DNA from: Octopus vulgaris
Lineage: Eukaryota
NCBI GenBank assembly: GCA_951406725.2
Contig: OX597816.1
Coordinates: 112,468,001 to 112,532,000, forward strand
Direction: 5' to 3'
DNA: 64,000 nt
Below, in pieces: positions 24,712 to 38,007 of the stretch. How positions within the stretch are numbered: the first letter of the stretch is position 1; each line of letters begins with the position of its first letter. The translations under genes and the position numbers were made by a program. Under the pieces are notes generated by a model. The model searched no databases. It saw only the letters and a program-made list of their open reading frames with translations, and was not told the DNA's origin.

Positions 24712-25512
24712 GGTACTTTATTCTACCAACCTCAAAATTATTAAAAGTTAAGCTGACTTTGAATTTGAACTCAGAATGTAGGGAACTGAATAAATACTGC
24801 AAGGCATTTTGTCCAATGCTCTAATGATGCTGCCAATCAACCACACTGAAAGTTAACTTTGGTAGGATTTTAACTCAACATGTAAAGATTCAGTAAAAAA
24901 AAAAAAAAATGCTACAACCTTTTCAATGACTATTGAAAAGGTTGCAAAGCGCACCAAAGATTTTAGGAAAATAAAAATAAGAAATAAGTGTAAATTTTAC
25001 TGGTGAATGTGTTAAATCATAAGGCACAAAAAGAAAATGACTCTCCCCAGATACAACAGAATATGCTTCAACACACGAACTCACATAAAGAATCTTGCAA
25101 ACCAAATCCAAAAACAAAATACTGCAAGTTATTCATCTAGTCTGACCACTTTGAAGATTCAGCTAATCCACTCCCCTGATGGTTGATTTCAGCAGGATTT
25201 GAACTCAGAATGTAAAGTGTTTGAAAAAAAATACCACAAGGTATAATTCTGCTAATCTACCACCATTTGCAACTAGAAATACTGATAATAAAAATAATCC
25301 TTTCTACTGGATGTACAACGCCTCAAATTTGGTGGGAGGAGACTAGTCAATTACATCAACCTCAGTGTTTCACTGGTACTTAGTTTATCAACCCTGAAAT
25401 GATGAAAGGCAAAGTTGACCTCGGTGGAATTTGAAATCAGAATGTAGCAACAGGCAAAACACCACTAAGCATTTTGTCCAGCATGCTAACAGTTCTGCCA
25501 GCTCACTACCTT
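24712..25512 (-). mobile_element. Cluster of decayed family B SINE fragments
   Basis: Repeated (T)TTGAACTCAGAATGTA..AAATAC.(G/A)CAAG..CTGC(C/T)AAT segments; fuller copy at 25300-25512. Confidence 0.65.
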
Positions 25513-25545
25513 AATAATAACAATAATAATAATAATAATAATAAT

Positions 25546-26004
25546 GGTATAAAAGATGGGCTACAGCAAATATTCTGCTCAATACCACAGATTTGCTTGT
25601 CAGTTGTTTGACCATAACCAGTTGAGCATGTCCCTTAGTGGCTGACAATATGTGCATCTCTGATCACAAACAGAAGTAGTGGGGGAGCATCATAGCCATG
25701 TGCTGAGAGGGATTCTTTGGGGTTTGAATAATTCACCTCTGGAAACATGGGTGGTTCATTCAACATCCTTATTCAGGGACCTTTTGAGCAGGATGGGTTA
25801 CTCGACCAGAAGAAAATTCTAACTGGGCCCCACCTGCAAGGTCATGTGCTGTTTATCTTGATACTAGATCACCATGTCGCACACATATGGTTGTGATGCA
25901 TGTGCCTAGTGTACCCTTATCAGATGGATAATCATGATGGGTATACTGGACTTCGTATATTTTACCCCAGTGTCACTTTGATGGCATGCACTGTTCTCTC
26001 ACTC
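25546..26004 (+). mobile_element. Unclassified interspersed repeat flanked by (AAT)n
   Basis: (AAT)n on both sides; its 3' end recurs at ~37120-37190, again followed by (AAT)n. Confidence 0.55.
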
Positions 26005-26368
26005 AAAAATAATAGTAATACAGAAACATGTTCATAATTGTCTCCCATATTTACTGAAATAAAAAATAATATAATCATTGACAAATATTGTATTTTGGGT
26101 ATTTTTGAGAATTTTTTATCACTACATAATTATTTCTAATTAGCATTTTAATGTTCCCTGTATTAAATAAATTAACACTATCTTAACTATTGACTTTTAG
26201 TTTAATTAAAATAATAAAATATTCATCTATAAAAACATCTTGAAAAAATATTTAGTGTTTTTTCCAATATGTCAAAATTATTCCTAAATTCACACACTAC
26301 TCTTTAATAATGAGTAGGAGAACTGTAGAAGAGTTGTATAAATTTTATTTGATGTGAAGAGTGAAGGA

Positions 26369-26402
26369 TCAAATGATTCAGGCTCTTGACCTTCATCTGA
26401 GA
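26369..26402 (-). ncRNA. Decayed minimal hammerhead remnant
   Basis: Minus strand: tct CAGATGA agg-tcaagag-cct GAAT ca TT tga. Confidence 0.35.
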
Positions 26403-26894
26403 GTGAGGAAGAGAAGACAGTGTTGTCACTGCTTTGGTCACATGCAAATGAGTGAGGAATGAAATGAAGTGAATGAGTAGTATGGGGAGGAGGGAATGAA
26501 GTGGTGCTGAAGTGGGGGAAGTAAAGAAAGAGAGAAGGGAAGTAGAGTAGGCTGTTTGAAATAGTAGTAATAGCTGGGTCAAGAAAAGATGAAAGATAGT
26601 GGTGGACACAATACATACACTGATGAGCTAATATACAAATATATACACACTACAGTGTCATTGATGCACACGCAGTGGAAAACAGAAGAGACACACATGC
26701 AAGCAAAGATGTAATATAGGAGGAGAGGAAAGTGATGGTAGATGAAGTTTTTTTTATTTAGAATCAAGGAAAGCCAGTTTGGCTGACCTGAAAATGTGCA
26801 GTAAAATCTGTGTGATATGTGGGGAAGGTAAAGTAGGTTGGAAGGAAGTGTGTGTGTATGTATATATATGTCTGTGTGTGTATAAAATCTTGCT

Positions 26895-27185
26895 TCAGCC
26901 ATGCAGGAGAACCACCTTGAAGGGTTTAGCCGAATAAATCAACTCCTGTACTTCCTTTTTTTTTTGTTAAGCGTAATACTTTTCTATTTTCTTTTTCCCA
27001 AACTGCTAATTATGGGAATATAAATAAACCAACACCTGTTGTCACACCAAAAAACACATGTGATGGGCTTTAGTTGGCCTAGTGCTATAATGGAAGACAC
27101 TTGCTCAAGTGTCACACAGTGGGACTGAAGCTAAGATCACATGGTTGGGAAGTGAACTTCTCAACCACACAGCCATGCTTCACAC
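26895..27185 (-). mobile_element. SINE family A, degenerate composite copy
   Basis: 3' module remnant plus head (gaagacacttgctcaag..gggactgaa..ggttgggaag..accacacagccatgc). Confidence 0.7.
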
Positions 27186-28256
27186 CTAAAATGCAAAAAA
27201 ATATTAGTAGTTTGAAAACTACATGTTTGAAAGCTACATGTTTTACAGTTCTGTAATCCAAGATGATTTTATTACAAGTATAGCATTTTCAAAGTTGAAA
27301 CTGATACTTATTTTTTTGCACATGTTCTTTTTTATATAAATTTTTATATATTTTATAACGACTTTAATATTACAATTTGTTATAAAGAAGAATAACCATC
27401 TTTGTGAAATAAGAGGTAATAGTAATTATAAGATGAAACAATAACTTGATCAAATTAGTAGCAGTAAAAAAAACAAAAAAAAACTATAAGTCTAACAGTT
27501 TTAGATGAAAAAAATGTCTAACTCAGATAAAAATATAAAAGAATTGTACAGCAAAGATATATTTTTAAAACAACTATCAAAATGACAAAGCAAATAATTC
27601 AAAAAGGAAGGAATTTAATAATCAAAATGTTTGGCACTAATTTGCTATTCTTCCTTTTTTCAAAAACTAACATTGTTTATGGATGATGCCAACAGTGAAA
27701 AAAAACTATTTCAAAAAGTTATTATGCAACTTGTATTGTCAGGCATTTAAAAATAAAATGGCTGGAGGAACAAAAGGTACAATTAACAAAAAACTTTTTG
27801 AAAACAGTATTGGAAATCAAAGGCCTTAAGAACATAAGACATTTCCATTGCCTAACTTTGGTACCTGTCTGTAAATTTTAACTCTAGCAGAAAAAGAGAG
27901 AAATAGAGACAATGATGTATCTATTGATTCTCAATACATTCTGTTAGATTCAAAAATGATTATCTAATTGTAATTTGTTTTTCATCATTGGAAAGCCTCT
28001 CTCTTTAGATAATGTGTGTTCATAACATGTGATTTACCAATGTAAAGGGGTTTTAAAACTTTGGTGTTTTGAGCTACTCTAGGTCTAACAAGAGTACAGG
28101 TTCTTGCTTATAGAAATCAGCAAATAATTTGCTGATGTCTCTCAAACAAATCATAATTTATGAGGTGCTTACAGAACTGAGAACCCAAACAATTGCATTT
28201 TTATAATGTATTTATTCATTCTCAATATGTTTTAACAAATTCAAATGTGAATAGCT

Positions 28257-28415
28257 GCAGGCATGAGTATATAAGTTTGCTTCCCAACTGGGTTCAGTCT
28301 AACTGTATGGCACCTTGGGCAAGTCTTTTCTGCTATAGACTCTGGTCAATCAAAAGCTTGTGAGTAGACAAGTTTTTGGGACACAAAAACTGAAAGAAGC
28401 CTGTCGTGTGTGTAT
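28257..28415 (+). mobile_element. SINE family A head
   Basis: gcaggcatg..gcttcccaac..gggttcagtc..gcaccttgggcaagt..aactgaaagaagcctgtcg. Confidence 0.7.
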
Positions 28416-30646
28416 GTGTTATTGACTCCTTGCCTAAACAACGCATGATAAACATAAATGAATGTCTCAGTCATGCAAGTAGTATCCTTCATTCTCAATC
28501 TTTTGTGAAACTTATTTGGTCATGAGAGTAGTTATTACCTTACTTAGAAACAAGGGAGGATTTATGACATGAAGGGGCATTGTCAGAAAATGTCCGCCTG
28601 GTGTAAAGCATTGAAAGTGGACTTTAAAAATGATGGTGATGAATGATTGGTGACTGCTGTTGTTTTTTGTTTTTTTTTGCTATCAGAGAACATCACATTT
28701 TCTACAGTGCCATCGGAGAGCATCTCCACACTTTCCACAATACAATTAACCATAAAAAAAAGGACATTGAAACACTGGTATTTCAAACTTTGTGTTTATG
28801 TTGTTATTAAATTGATTAAATTATGGTGAGTTTATTTAGCATTTAACTCGGATACTTCACTGAGTTAAAAAAAAAAAAAATTATGAGAAAGTAATTCTAG
28901 AAAACTGTATATCAATGTTAAAATGACATGTCTGAAATACAAAGGAAATAAATATCTGGCAAAATTACCAAAACAAGTTATGACACTGTGTATGTGTTTA
29001 GATATGTATGAGTGAGTGTATGTATAAAAATGTATGTATGTGTATGTATAAACCTACATATGTATAATTATATACATACATCCACGCTATATATATTCAT
29101 AAATATTTGCATATGCAAATATGTACATGTATGTATGTGTATTCATATGCATATACATGTTTGCATATGAATATATGTGTATATATTCATATACAAGTGT
29201 ATGTGTCTGTGTGTGAATGCAAAATATATATACTGTTAAACTTAGATATATTGGTTTTTTGTACTCATGTTGATTGAGTTTGCCTTTGTATAGATTTTTT
29301 TTCTTTTGTGAGATGCAGCATTTTATAAACTGAAGTAGTCGCAAATTTGTCTTTTAGGCAATATATAACAATATTCCTTAGAGTTTTTGCAGCCTGGCTG
29401 AAATATTTGAAATTTTAGTTGTACTTGTTCAGCAAATGGCTTGGCGTGAGACTAATTTGGAAACTGAAGTAATATTACTATGCTAGTTATTGAATGTAGT
29501 ACTACCTGAGTAACTACATAGATGACTAGCAGTTACTCTACACTAGTGGATGTTTTCAACCTTTCAAAAACTATCCCTGATCATCCAACTACTTTCCTTG
29601 CTTTCTTAGCCCTAATTACGTTTTCAAATATATTTCTGCCATCTTTAATAACTGGTCTCTCTGTTGGGTCTTCATAGAGTAGTCCTCTATTCTCTCATAC
29701 TGCTTCCTCACTCGGCAACCTCTCATTTGCAACATTTCCAAACCTCTTCTCAATATCAGTGACACTAAGTGCACTGCTGTCACTCCATACACCCTTTTAC
29801 CTCAACAATCTCTTGATTCATACTGACACACATTTTTGCAATATGGAATAGCTCGTGCTCTGAACCTTTCATTAGCAAACCCTTACTTTATTTCTCTAAC
29901 CCTTACTCTGTCATCTAGCTTCTCGTTTAGATATCTGCTATTGTTTCCCATTCCTCTTTTTCTTTCAATCTTTCCAAGCCTGACTCTTGGCTTTTATGGT
30001 TCTATCAGCTATGCTATTTTGCAAAATAACTGCCTTGCTGCAAATATTTCAATATGTGTAGTGAAAGGTCTATTTTAATATGCTAAACAGATTTAAGTTT
30101 AGATATTTAAAATATCAATTCTCTGATAAAGGCAATATTTTTTTGCTTTCATCATTGGATATTTTTTTTTAATAAATACTTTACACATAGAATATTTCTT
30201 GCTGTTCTGAGAAGTTTCATTTCAGCATTGATGTTATCATGTTTGTCATGTGAGTTGATTTTGAATTATATTCATGTTAATTGTTCTGAGTTCTTCCTGT
30301 AGAGTTTTTTTTTTTAACAATCTAAAATTTGATTGAATACAGAAGTTATTTGTTTCTTCTGTTAACTTTACAGCTTCGTTTCATATATAGTTAAATATTT
30401 TGAATTATATTCAGTCTGGTTGCCAGTGTGTGGACACCTTCTAGAAATGGAGTTGCATAATTTAGCTCAAATGTATGCTGCTATTGGAAATGCATGTGTT
30501 AAGATAAATTTAACTGCCTGGCTGAAAGCACTTTGATAGTATAATAAATTATCTATTTTAATGTGCTACTTAGATATAAACTTGGATGTGTAAAATATCA
30601 ATACACTGGCAGAGGCAAACTGACTTCTTTGTAAATCATGAAATAA

Positions 30647-30742
30647 CACACACAAACACACACATGTATGTATGCATGCATGTATGTATGTATGTATGTG
30701 TATATATATATATAATATGTATATATATGTATATCTATAATG

Positions 30743-30806
<64 letters not shown>

Positions 30807-30831
30807 ATATGTATATATATGTATATCTATA

Positions 30832-30862
<31 letters not shown>

Positions 30863-31203
30863 ATGTATATATATGTATATATATAATGTATATATATGTA
30901 TATATATAATGTATATATATGTATATATATGTATATATATAATGTATATATATGTATATATATGTATATATATAATGTATATATATGTATATATATGTGT
31001 ATATATAATGTATATATATGTGTATATATAATGTATATATATGTGTATATATAATGTATATATATGTGTATATATAATGTATATATATGTGTATATATAA
31101 TGTATATATATGTGTATATATAATGTATATATATGTATATGTATATATATGTATATGTATATATGTATATATGTATGTATATATGTATATATATATGTAT
31201 ATA

Positions 31204-31238
<35 letters not shown>

Positions 31239-31603
31239 ATGTATGTATATGTATGTATGTATATGTATGTATGTATGTATGTGTATGTATGTATGTATGT
31301 ATGTATATATATATATGTATGTATATATATGTGTATGTGTATATATATATGTATGTATATATATGTGTATGTGTATATATATGTGTATGTATATGTATAT
31401 ATTTATGTATGTATATAGATGTATGTATATGTATATATTTATGTATGTATATAGATGTATGTATATGTATATATTTATGTATGTATATATATATGTACAT
31501 ATATTTATATGTGTAAATAGAGATATGCATGTATGTATATATGTATATATATATGTACATATATTTATATGTGTAAATAGAGATATGCATGTATGTATAT
31601 ATA
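30647..31603. repeat. ~950-bp compound (TA)/(TATG) satellite with 23-, 36- and 60-bp higher-order units
   Basis: TATATATAATGTATATATATGTG repeats; 31490-31603 is a 60-bp duplication. Confidence 0.95.
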
Positions 31604-31840
31604 TCATCATCATCGTTTAACGTCCGTTTTCCGCGCTAGCACGGGTTGGACGGTTTCGACCGGGGTCTGGGGAACTAGGGACTGCCCCAGGCTCCAGTCT
31701 AGTCTGGCAGAGTTTCTACAGCTGGATGCCCTTCCTAACGCCAACCACTCCGCGAGTGTAGTGGGTGTTTTTTACATGCCACCTGCACAGGTGCCAGAGG
31801 GGTCTGGCATCGGCCACATTCGGATGGTGCTTTTTATGTG
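31604..31840 (-). mobile_element. RTE 3'-tail fragment (young)
   Basis: catcatcgtttaacgtccgttttccgcgctagcacgggttggacgg is nearly identical to the reverse complement of 21505-21560. Confidence 0.9.
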
Positions 31841-32089
31841 GGGGGGGGGTGCAGAAATATAGGGGAGCACCAGTGGGGAGGGGTGGTTCAGAGAAATGAT
31901 GACAGGTTCTAGGCAAGTAGAACGTAGGATATCAAGAGAGGGGTAATGCATGGTGAAATAGCGTATTGAAGAGGGGGTTCGAAGAGTAGACACCTATTAT
32001 TGTGGTGGGAGAAGCGACATCCGGTATGGATGGAGCAAAAATATAGAGATATCCGGTATTGGTGGTGGGGGTGGGCAGGGCGGGTGCAC

Positions 32090-32393
32090 CGCGAATACAC
32101 GATGGTTGATGAATACACGAGAGGTGAGATGGATAATGGATAAATTAGTTAAAATAATTAGATAGATATAGAAATTAGTTAAAAATAGTTAGATAGATAA
32201 GAAAGCATGTATGATTGATGGAGAAGTGAAAATAAATAAGCATTCAACTTATCTGCTAGATGAATGAATGAATGAATGAATGAAAGAGCAAAAGTTTGGG
32301 GCTGCGTTTTTTTAAGTAAAGCTTGTCCGGAAGAAGAAGGCGCGAATACACGATGGTTGATGAATACACGAGAGGCGAGATGGATAATGGATA
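32090..32393. repeat. 53-bp direct repeat, period 251 bp
   Basis: cgcgaatacacgatggttgatgaatacacgagagg(t/c)gagatggataatggata at 32090-32142 and 32341-32393. Confidence 0.85.
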
Positions 32394-32430
32394 TATATAT
32401 ATATGTGTGTGTGTATATATATATATATAT

Positions 32431-34400
32431 AAACTCCAAAACAACATGATGTTATCATCAATAGTCAGCAAAGAGCTGAAGAGGCCTGGGCCATTGAGAA
32501 GATCAAACTCAATCCCAAAGTGTTCTTTTCATTTGCAAAAAAACACAGTCAATGGTTCTACTGTTGGCCCTCTGATTGATGCAAATGGTACTCTTCAAGA
32601 CAATGCCAAAACCATGGAAGAGATATTGCAGAAACAATATTGCTCTGTTTTCAGCATTCCTGACATGATTGATCTGGGCTGTATCAGTGATGTTACTCCC
32701 CAATACACTTTATCGGACATAACCTTTGGCGCTCCTGATGTCTTAGCAGTAATAAAGGAAATGAAGCATCATTCAGCAGTAGGTCCCGATAGGTTCCCTG
32801 CTTGTGTCCTGAAGATGTGTCAAAACCAACTTGCACCCCATCTAGCCAATCTGTGGCGGAACTCACTGGATGCTGGATATATACCAGAAGACCTTCTATC
32901 CCAGGCTGTTGTCCCAGTTTTCAAAAAGGAAACAAATCGCTTGCCGTGAATTACCGTCCAATCTCACTCACCTCTCATATCATTAAGGTATTTGAGAGAG
33001 TGCTGAGATCGCGTATGACTCACTTCCTTGAGAGTCATAATATGCTGAACTCCAACCAGCATGGATTCCGTAATGGGAGGGATTGCCTGATGCAGCTGCT
33101 GCACCATTTTGATGACATTTTGAGAGCCTTGGGAGAGGGTTCCAACACTGATGTCATCTACCTTGATTTCAGCATGGCCTTTGACAGGGTTGATCATAAG
33201 ATCCTTCTGAGAAAGCTGTCCAATATTGGTGTCACTGGAAAGCTGCTGCAGTGAATCAAGTGCTTCCTGTCTAACAGAACCCAACATGTTGTAGTCGAAG
33301 GAGTCAAATCCAGCCCAGCCAAAGTCAGCAGTGGTGTCCCACAAGGCACTGTGTTGGGCCCACTCCTCTTCATCATCTACATAAATGATATTACTGACAC
33401 CATCAAACACAGTAACATCAGAACCTTCGCTGATGATTCCTAGCTCCAGAAGGTCATCAATGGCGTGGATGACCGAATAAGCCTTCAGTTAGACCTACTG
33501 GCTGTTGTCCAATGGGCAGAAAAGAATAACATGCTGCTAAACGAAGACAAATTCAAACTAATCCACTTTGGAAGGGAGGATGCTCTGAAACTCCCATACT
33601 CCATTCCTTCTGGAGAAATTCTCATGGCGTCCAACAACATCAGAGACTTGAGAGTAACAGTGGACAACAACATAAGCTGGGCTACACATATAAGCAGCAA
33701 AGTTGACATGGCCCGCAGAATGTGTTCCTGGATTCTCAGAACCTTCCAGTCGAGAGATTCCCACACTATTATCCTTCTCTTCTCCACTTTTGCCCGACCC
33801 CACCTTGAATACTGCTGTCCACTGTGGTCTCCCTACACAAAACAAAATATTATGAGAATTGAAGCTCCCCAAAGGTCAATCACAAAAAAGATAGATGGCA
33901 TGTCAGACCTTGACTACTGGGGTAGACTAGAGAAGCTGAAACTGTATTCACTCCAACGACGCCGTGAACGCTACATTATCTGTATGATGTGGAAAATATT
34001 CCATCAGCACTGTCCGAATGATGTTGGCATCACCTTCAAAATACATCCAAGGCTTGGACCACGTGCCATCCGTCCACAACAAAAATCTAAATCGCATCAC
34101 ATAACGACAATACGGCACAACTATTTCACCTCAATTGGACCCGCTCTCTTCAACATTACACCAGGACACATCAAAAAAGAAACTGACCACACAAAATTCA
34201 AGAAGTCTTTGGACAAATTCCTTCAAACAGTCCCAGACAAACCACCCACACCCGGATATGTCTCCGCAAACAATAACTCTCTGCTCGAATGGGCCTTGGT
34301 GCCCAAATCCTGAATTGAAAGACTTCGCCAGGTGGTGCTATTAAGTTAGACATGGCCTGGGCCAATACTGGCCAAAACCTTTCTAAGTTATTCTAAGTTA
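32431..34400 (+). mobile_element. 5'-truncated CR1-like LINE with disrupted RT
   Basis: NYRPISLTS, QHGFR, YLDFSMAFDRVDH, GVPQGTVLGP, FADD, RPHLEYC; frameshift near 32935 and stops at 33252 and 33441; tail (TTCTAAGTTA)2; (TA)n on both sides. Confidence 0.9.
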
Positions 34401-36804
34401 TATATATATATATATATATATACATATGTAGTCAGAGAGAACGTTTTTAGAAGCAAATTTTAATATTTGTGTTTTCAAAAGTGTCAGACTAGTTATTATT
34501 GTTTTATATAAAAATAAACATTGAATAAAGAATGATTTTTATGCAAAATGTATAATCAAATATTTATTATAAAAAAATTCAACAGTTACTTGGAAGTTTC
34601 ATCAGAAGTTGGTCAATTAAACTATAGTCATATTGAAAAACCTACATTTGTTGAAACATCAAAGCATCAACCCTTTTTTAATTTGCATTTAAAGATTTTG
34701 AATTATGCTTTGTGAATATGATATAATAGTTTTGTGTTCTTTCTGTAAAATTTCTGTATGGTCTTCTTCCTTAGATATCTTATCAAAATCTTTGAGGAAG
34801 ACAAATTGCTAATAGATTTATAATGGACCCTAACTGTTAATAATTTTTTGGTCTGCTTGTGGTTCTGAAAATATTTAAAACTTTTCATTACCAATCAACT
34901 TATTGCATTTTAAGTGGATAAATCTCTCACAATCGTAGGGGAGTTTTTTAAATATAATTTTAAAATGAAACCTATTCTATATTTAATATTCTCTTCAAAA
35001 GATTATTAAAATGACTCATGATATCTTCCTACTAAATAACTTGAAATGCCAAATATTTTAAAATTTAGAAGTTATTTTCAGTTAATTTTGTTTCATTTAT
35101 GCCTTTTTGTTCACTTTAGATTTCTCTAAATTTATCGAATATTACCTGCTCATGTAATATTTATTATTTGAAATTTTCATCTTGTTCTGAAAATAAAACC
35201 TGAATGAAATTCACATCAAACCATTTGTTCTAAAATTGAGAACTGTCTATTCACTCTGAAATCATTAAAACACTAAAATCTGTTCCATTTTCTTTTATAT
35301 GCTTATTTCTGCAGCATGTTTTAGTAATTATATTTGTATATACTTTCCATAAAGCTAGTGTGAAATGTAAAATGAAGAAGAAATTTACTTAGAATTTGCT
35401 GTTGTTACTTCTGTGTAGACATAAATAAAATCTATCTTTCGGCTACCGTGTTGGAAGATAAGGAACACTGAAATTTTATTGTGTGTGTATTTGATTATGA
35501 ATATACTCATGTGCTTGCATAGAAAAAATGTGGATAGGTAGATTTATAAACATTAAAAGCTTTTATCTCTCTAGATTAAAAATGAGATACTATCTTCTTG
35601 TGCAAGCTGAACAGGTTTTGGGAAAAAATAAGTTTCTCTTTTCTTCTATGGCCTTGACAGTGTAGTCTAGAGTAACACATTTCAAATAATTTAGTAACAT
35701 TATGTATTATAACAATTTCAAATTACAGACTTTCATTTAAGTTATTACCAATTCTTGTGTTGTCTGTGTAATGATGAAATACTGATAAATATATTCTGAA
35801 GTAAGTTTTATAGCATACATCTGGTTTAGAAAAGCTGATATTATTAATATTCTGTTCTTTGCACTTATTACCTTGACAATATAAAAAATATCTTCAATAT
35901 TTTAATAATTTTGCCTCTGGGCAAAGTTCAATATTCTGTTTGCCTCAATTCACTTAACTGACAGTTATTACTACTTCTCTTTGACTGAACAATTTAATTT
36001 TAGGAAGTGTGTAAAATGATTCTGAATATGAAAATAGCTAATATTAAAAAGGAAAAAACAACTCATTACTGCCAGCAAATATATAGATGGTGGAAAACAG
36101 CAAAAATAATCATAAATTAAGAAGTAAATAATGAATTACTTCAATCTTGAATCAAAATTTGCACAATTTCTTCATCAGTCTCGGTATTTAAATGATTGTA
36201 CTGATGATATTCATTATCCATGAAGAAATTTTCAAATCCTAAACAATTTATTCAGTAGTGAATTAACCCAAAAATATTTGAATGAATTATTTTATTTCAA
36301 AGATTAATTTTCTCTTTTTAAATATTGACCAAGCAAGCAAACCCCCACCCCAGAAAAATCTGTTATTCTTTGTGTCTTTCACTTTTAAATTAATATTTAT
36401 CATTATTTATTTATAATATTCACTTGACACTCATAGTCCTGGCAGTGATATTACATAAGGCAAATTTGAGTGGTTAACTGCCAATATTGTATGATTGCAC
36501 AGGCAGCTTGCCATAAAGTGTCGATAAAGCAAAGGTTCTTGGTATTGCTTTATTCCAGATATTTAATATAACTTGTTGTGATAAGAGATTCGATCTTCTT
36601 GATTGAGACTTGAATGTTTTCTAGAAGAAATAAATTAACAGATTTGTACAACATTTGGTACGAGAGAATTACATAGTTTCACCAGTTCTCTTCATAGAAT
36701 TTCTCATGCATTTGTGTTAATCTTTTGCAACTAATCCATCAAAGACTTCCATGGTTTCTATGATACAAAAGCAATTTGTTATAAAATATTGATTTAAAAT
36801 TTTG

Positions 36805-36960
36805 ACTCAAGACAAGCAATTTTGGGGGAGAAGTAAGCTGATTACATTGACCTCAGTGTTCAACTGGTACTTATTTTATCGACCCCAAAAGGATGAAAGG
36901 AAAAGTCGCTCTCGGTGAATTTGAACTTAGAATGTGAAAACAGATGAAATGCTACCATGC
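36805..36960 (-). mobile_element. SINE family B fragment
   Basis: ctggtacttattttatcgaccccaaaaggatgaaagg..gaatttgaact. Confidence 0.75.
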
Positions 36961-37809
36961 TAGCATGAAGTGCAGTCTTAATTTGAATTATGTTCATCAA
37001 CATCATTTTACGTCTGCTTTCTATGCTGGCATGAGTTGGATGTTTGACAGAGTCCAATGGGTTGGAAAACTTTGTCTTGCTCCAATGCTTCTGAATTTAT
37101 TGTTGGAAATATAGCATATTGGGCTTCGTACATTTCTACCCCAGAGTCATTTTGATGGCATGTGCTGCTATCTCACACAATAATAATAATATTACTTTCA
37201 AATAACAATAATTAAAATAGTGTTATTTTACTTATTTGTGCACTGATGATGAACAGATACCAGAACTGTAAACAATCTTCTGAACTAGACAACTCCATTA
37301 GAAACAACACAGTAATTAAGATGTGTAAAATAACAATAATTAAATCCAATGTGGTAGAAAGAAAAATATTAGTATTTTCTCACAAAATAAGCATACTCCA
37401 AGTTTCCTCAAGTTATATTTTTAATAATAACACAGAAAAAAAAAAAAAGGTAAGTACATATGAATCCAGACTCAGCAAATTACCTGGATAGATAAAATTA
37501 ACCCCAGTGTGAAAATCTGAGGAATCTGTTATGAATTTGCTGAGTATTTGAAATCTCTAGTGTAAACATATTCAGGACATTCCCAGAAGTATATAAGATA
37601 AATATATCTATTTAGAACTAAAATGAATTAGGAAAATGATATTGTATGTTAGCAAACAAGAGTACTAAATGCCATAGTTGTACAGCAGTTGAAGATCTAT
37701 AACATATGCATGATCTGATCTATGTTAAACTGCCTGGACAATGCAATACTCACACAGTACTGCATTTATCCCATGAACTGAAATCTCAGAGCATCATTTA
37801 ATGCAGATA

Positions 37810-38007
37810 AGCTGGGAAAATTGTTAGCATGCTGGGTAAAATGCTTAATGGTGTTTCACTTATCTGCATGTTCTGAATTCAAATTCTGCCAAGGTCAACT
37901 TTTCCTCTCATCCTTTTGGGGTCAATAAACTGAGTGCCAGTGAAACACTGTGGTTGATGTAATCGACTAGTCCCCTCCCCCAAATTTCAGGACTTGTGCC
38001 TGAAAGG
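37810..38007 (+). mobile_element. SINE family B
   Basis: agctgggaaaattgttagc..gaattcaaattctgccaaggtcaacttttcctctcatcctttt. Confidence 0.75.
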
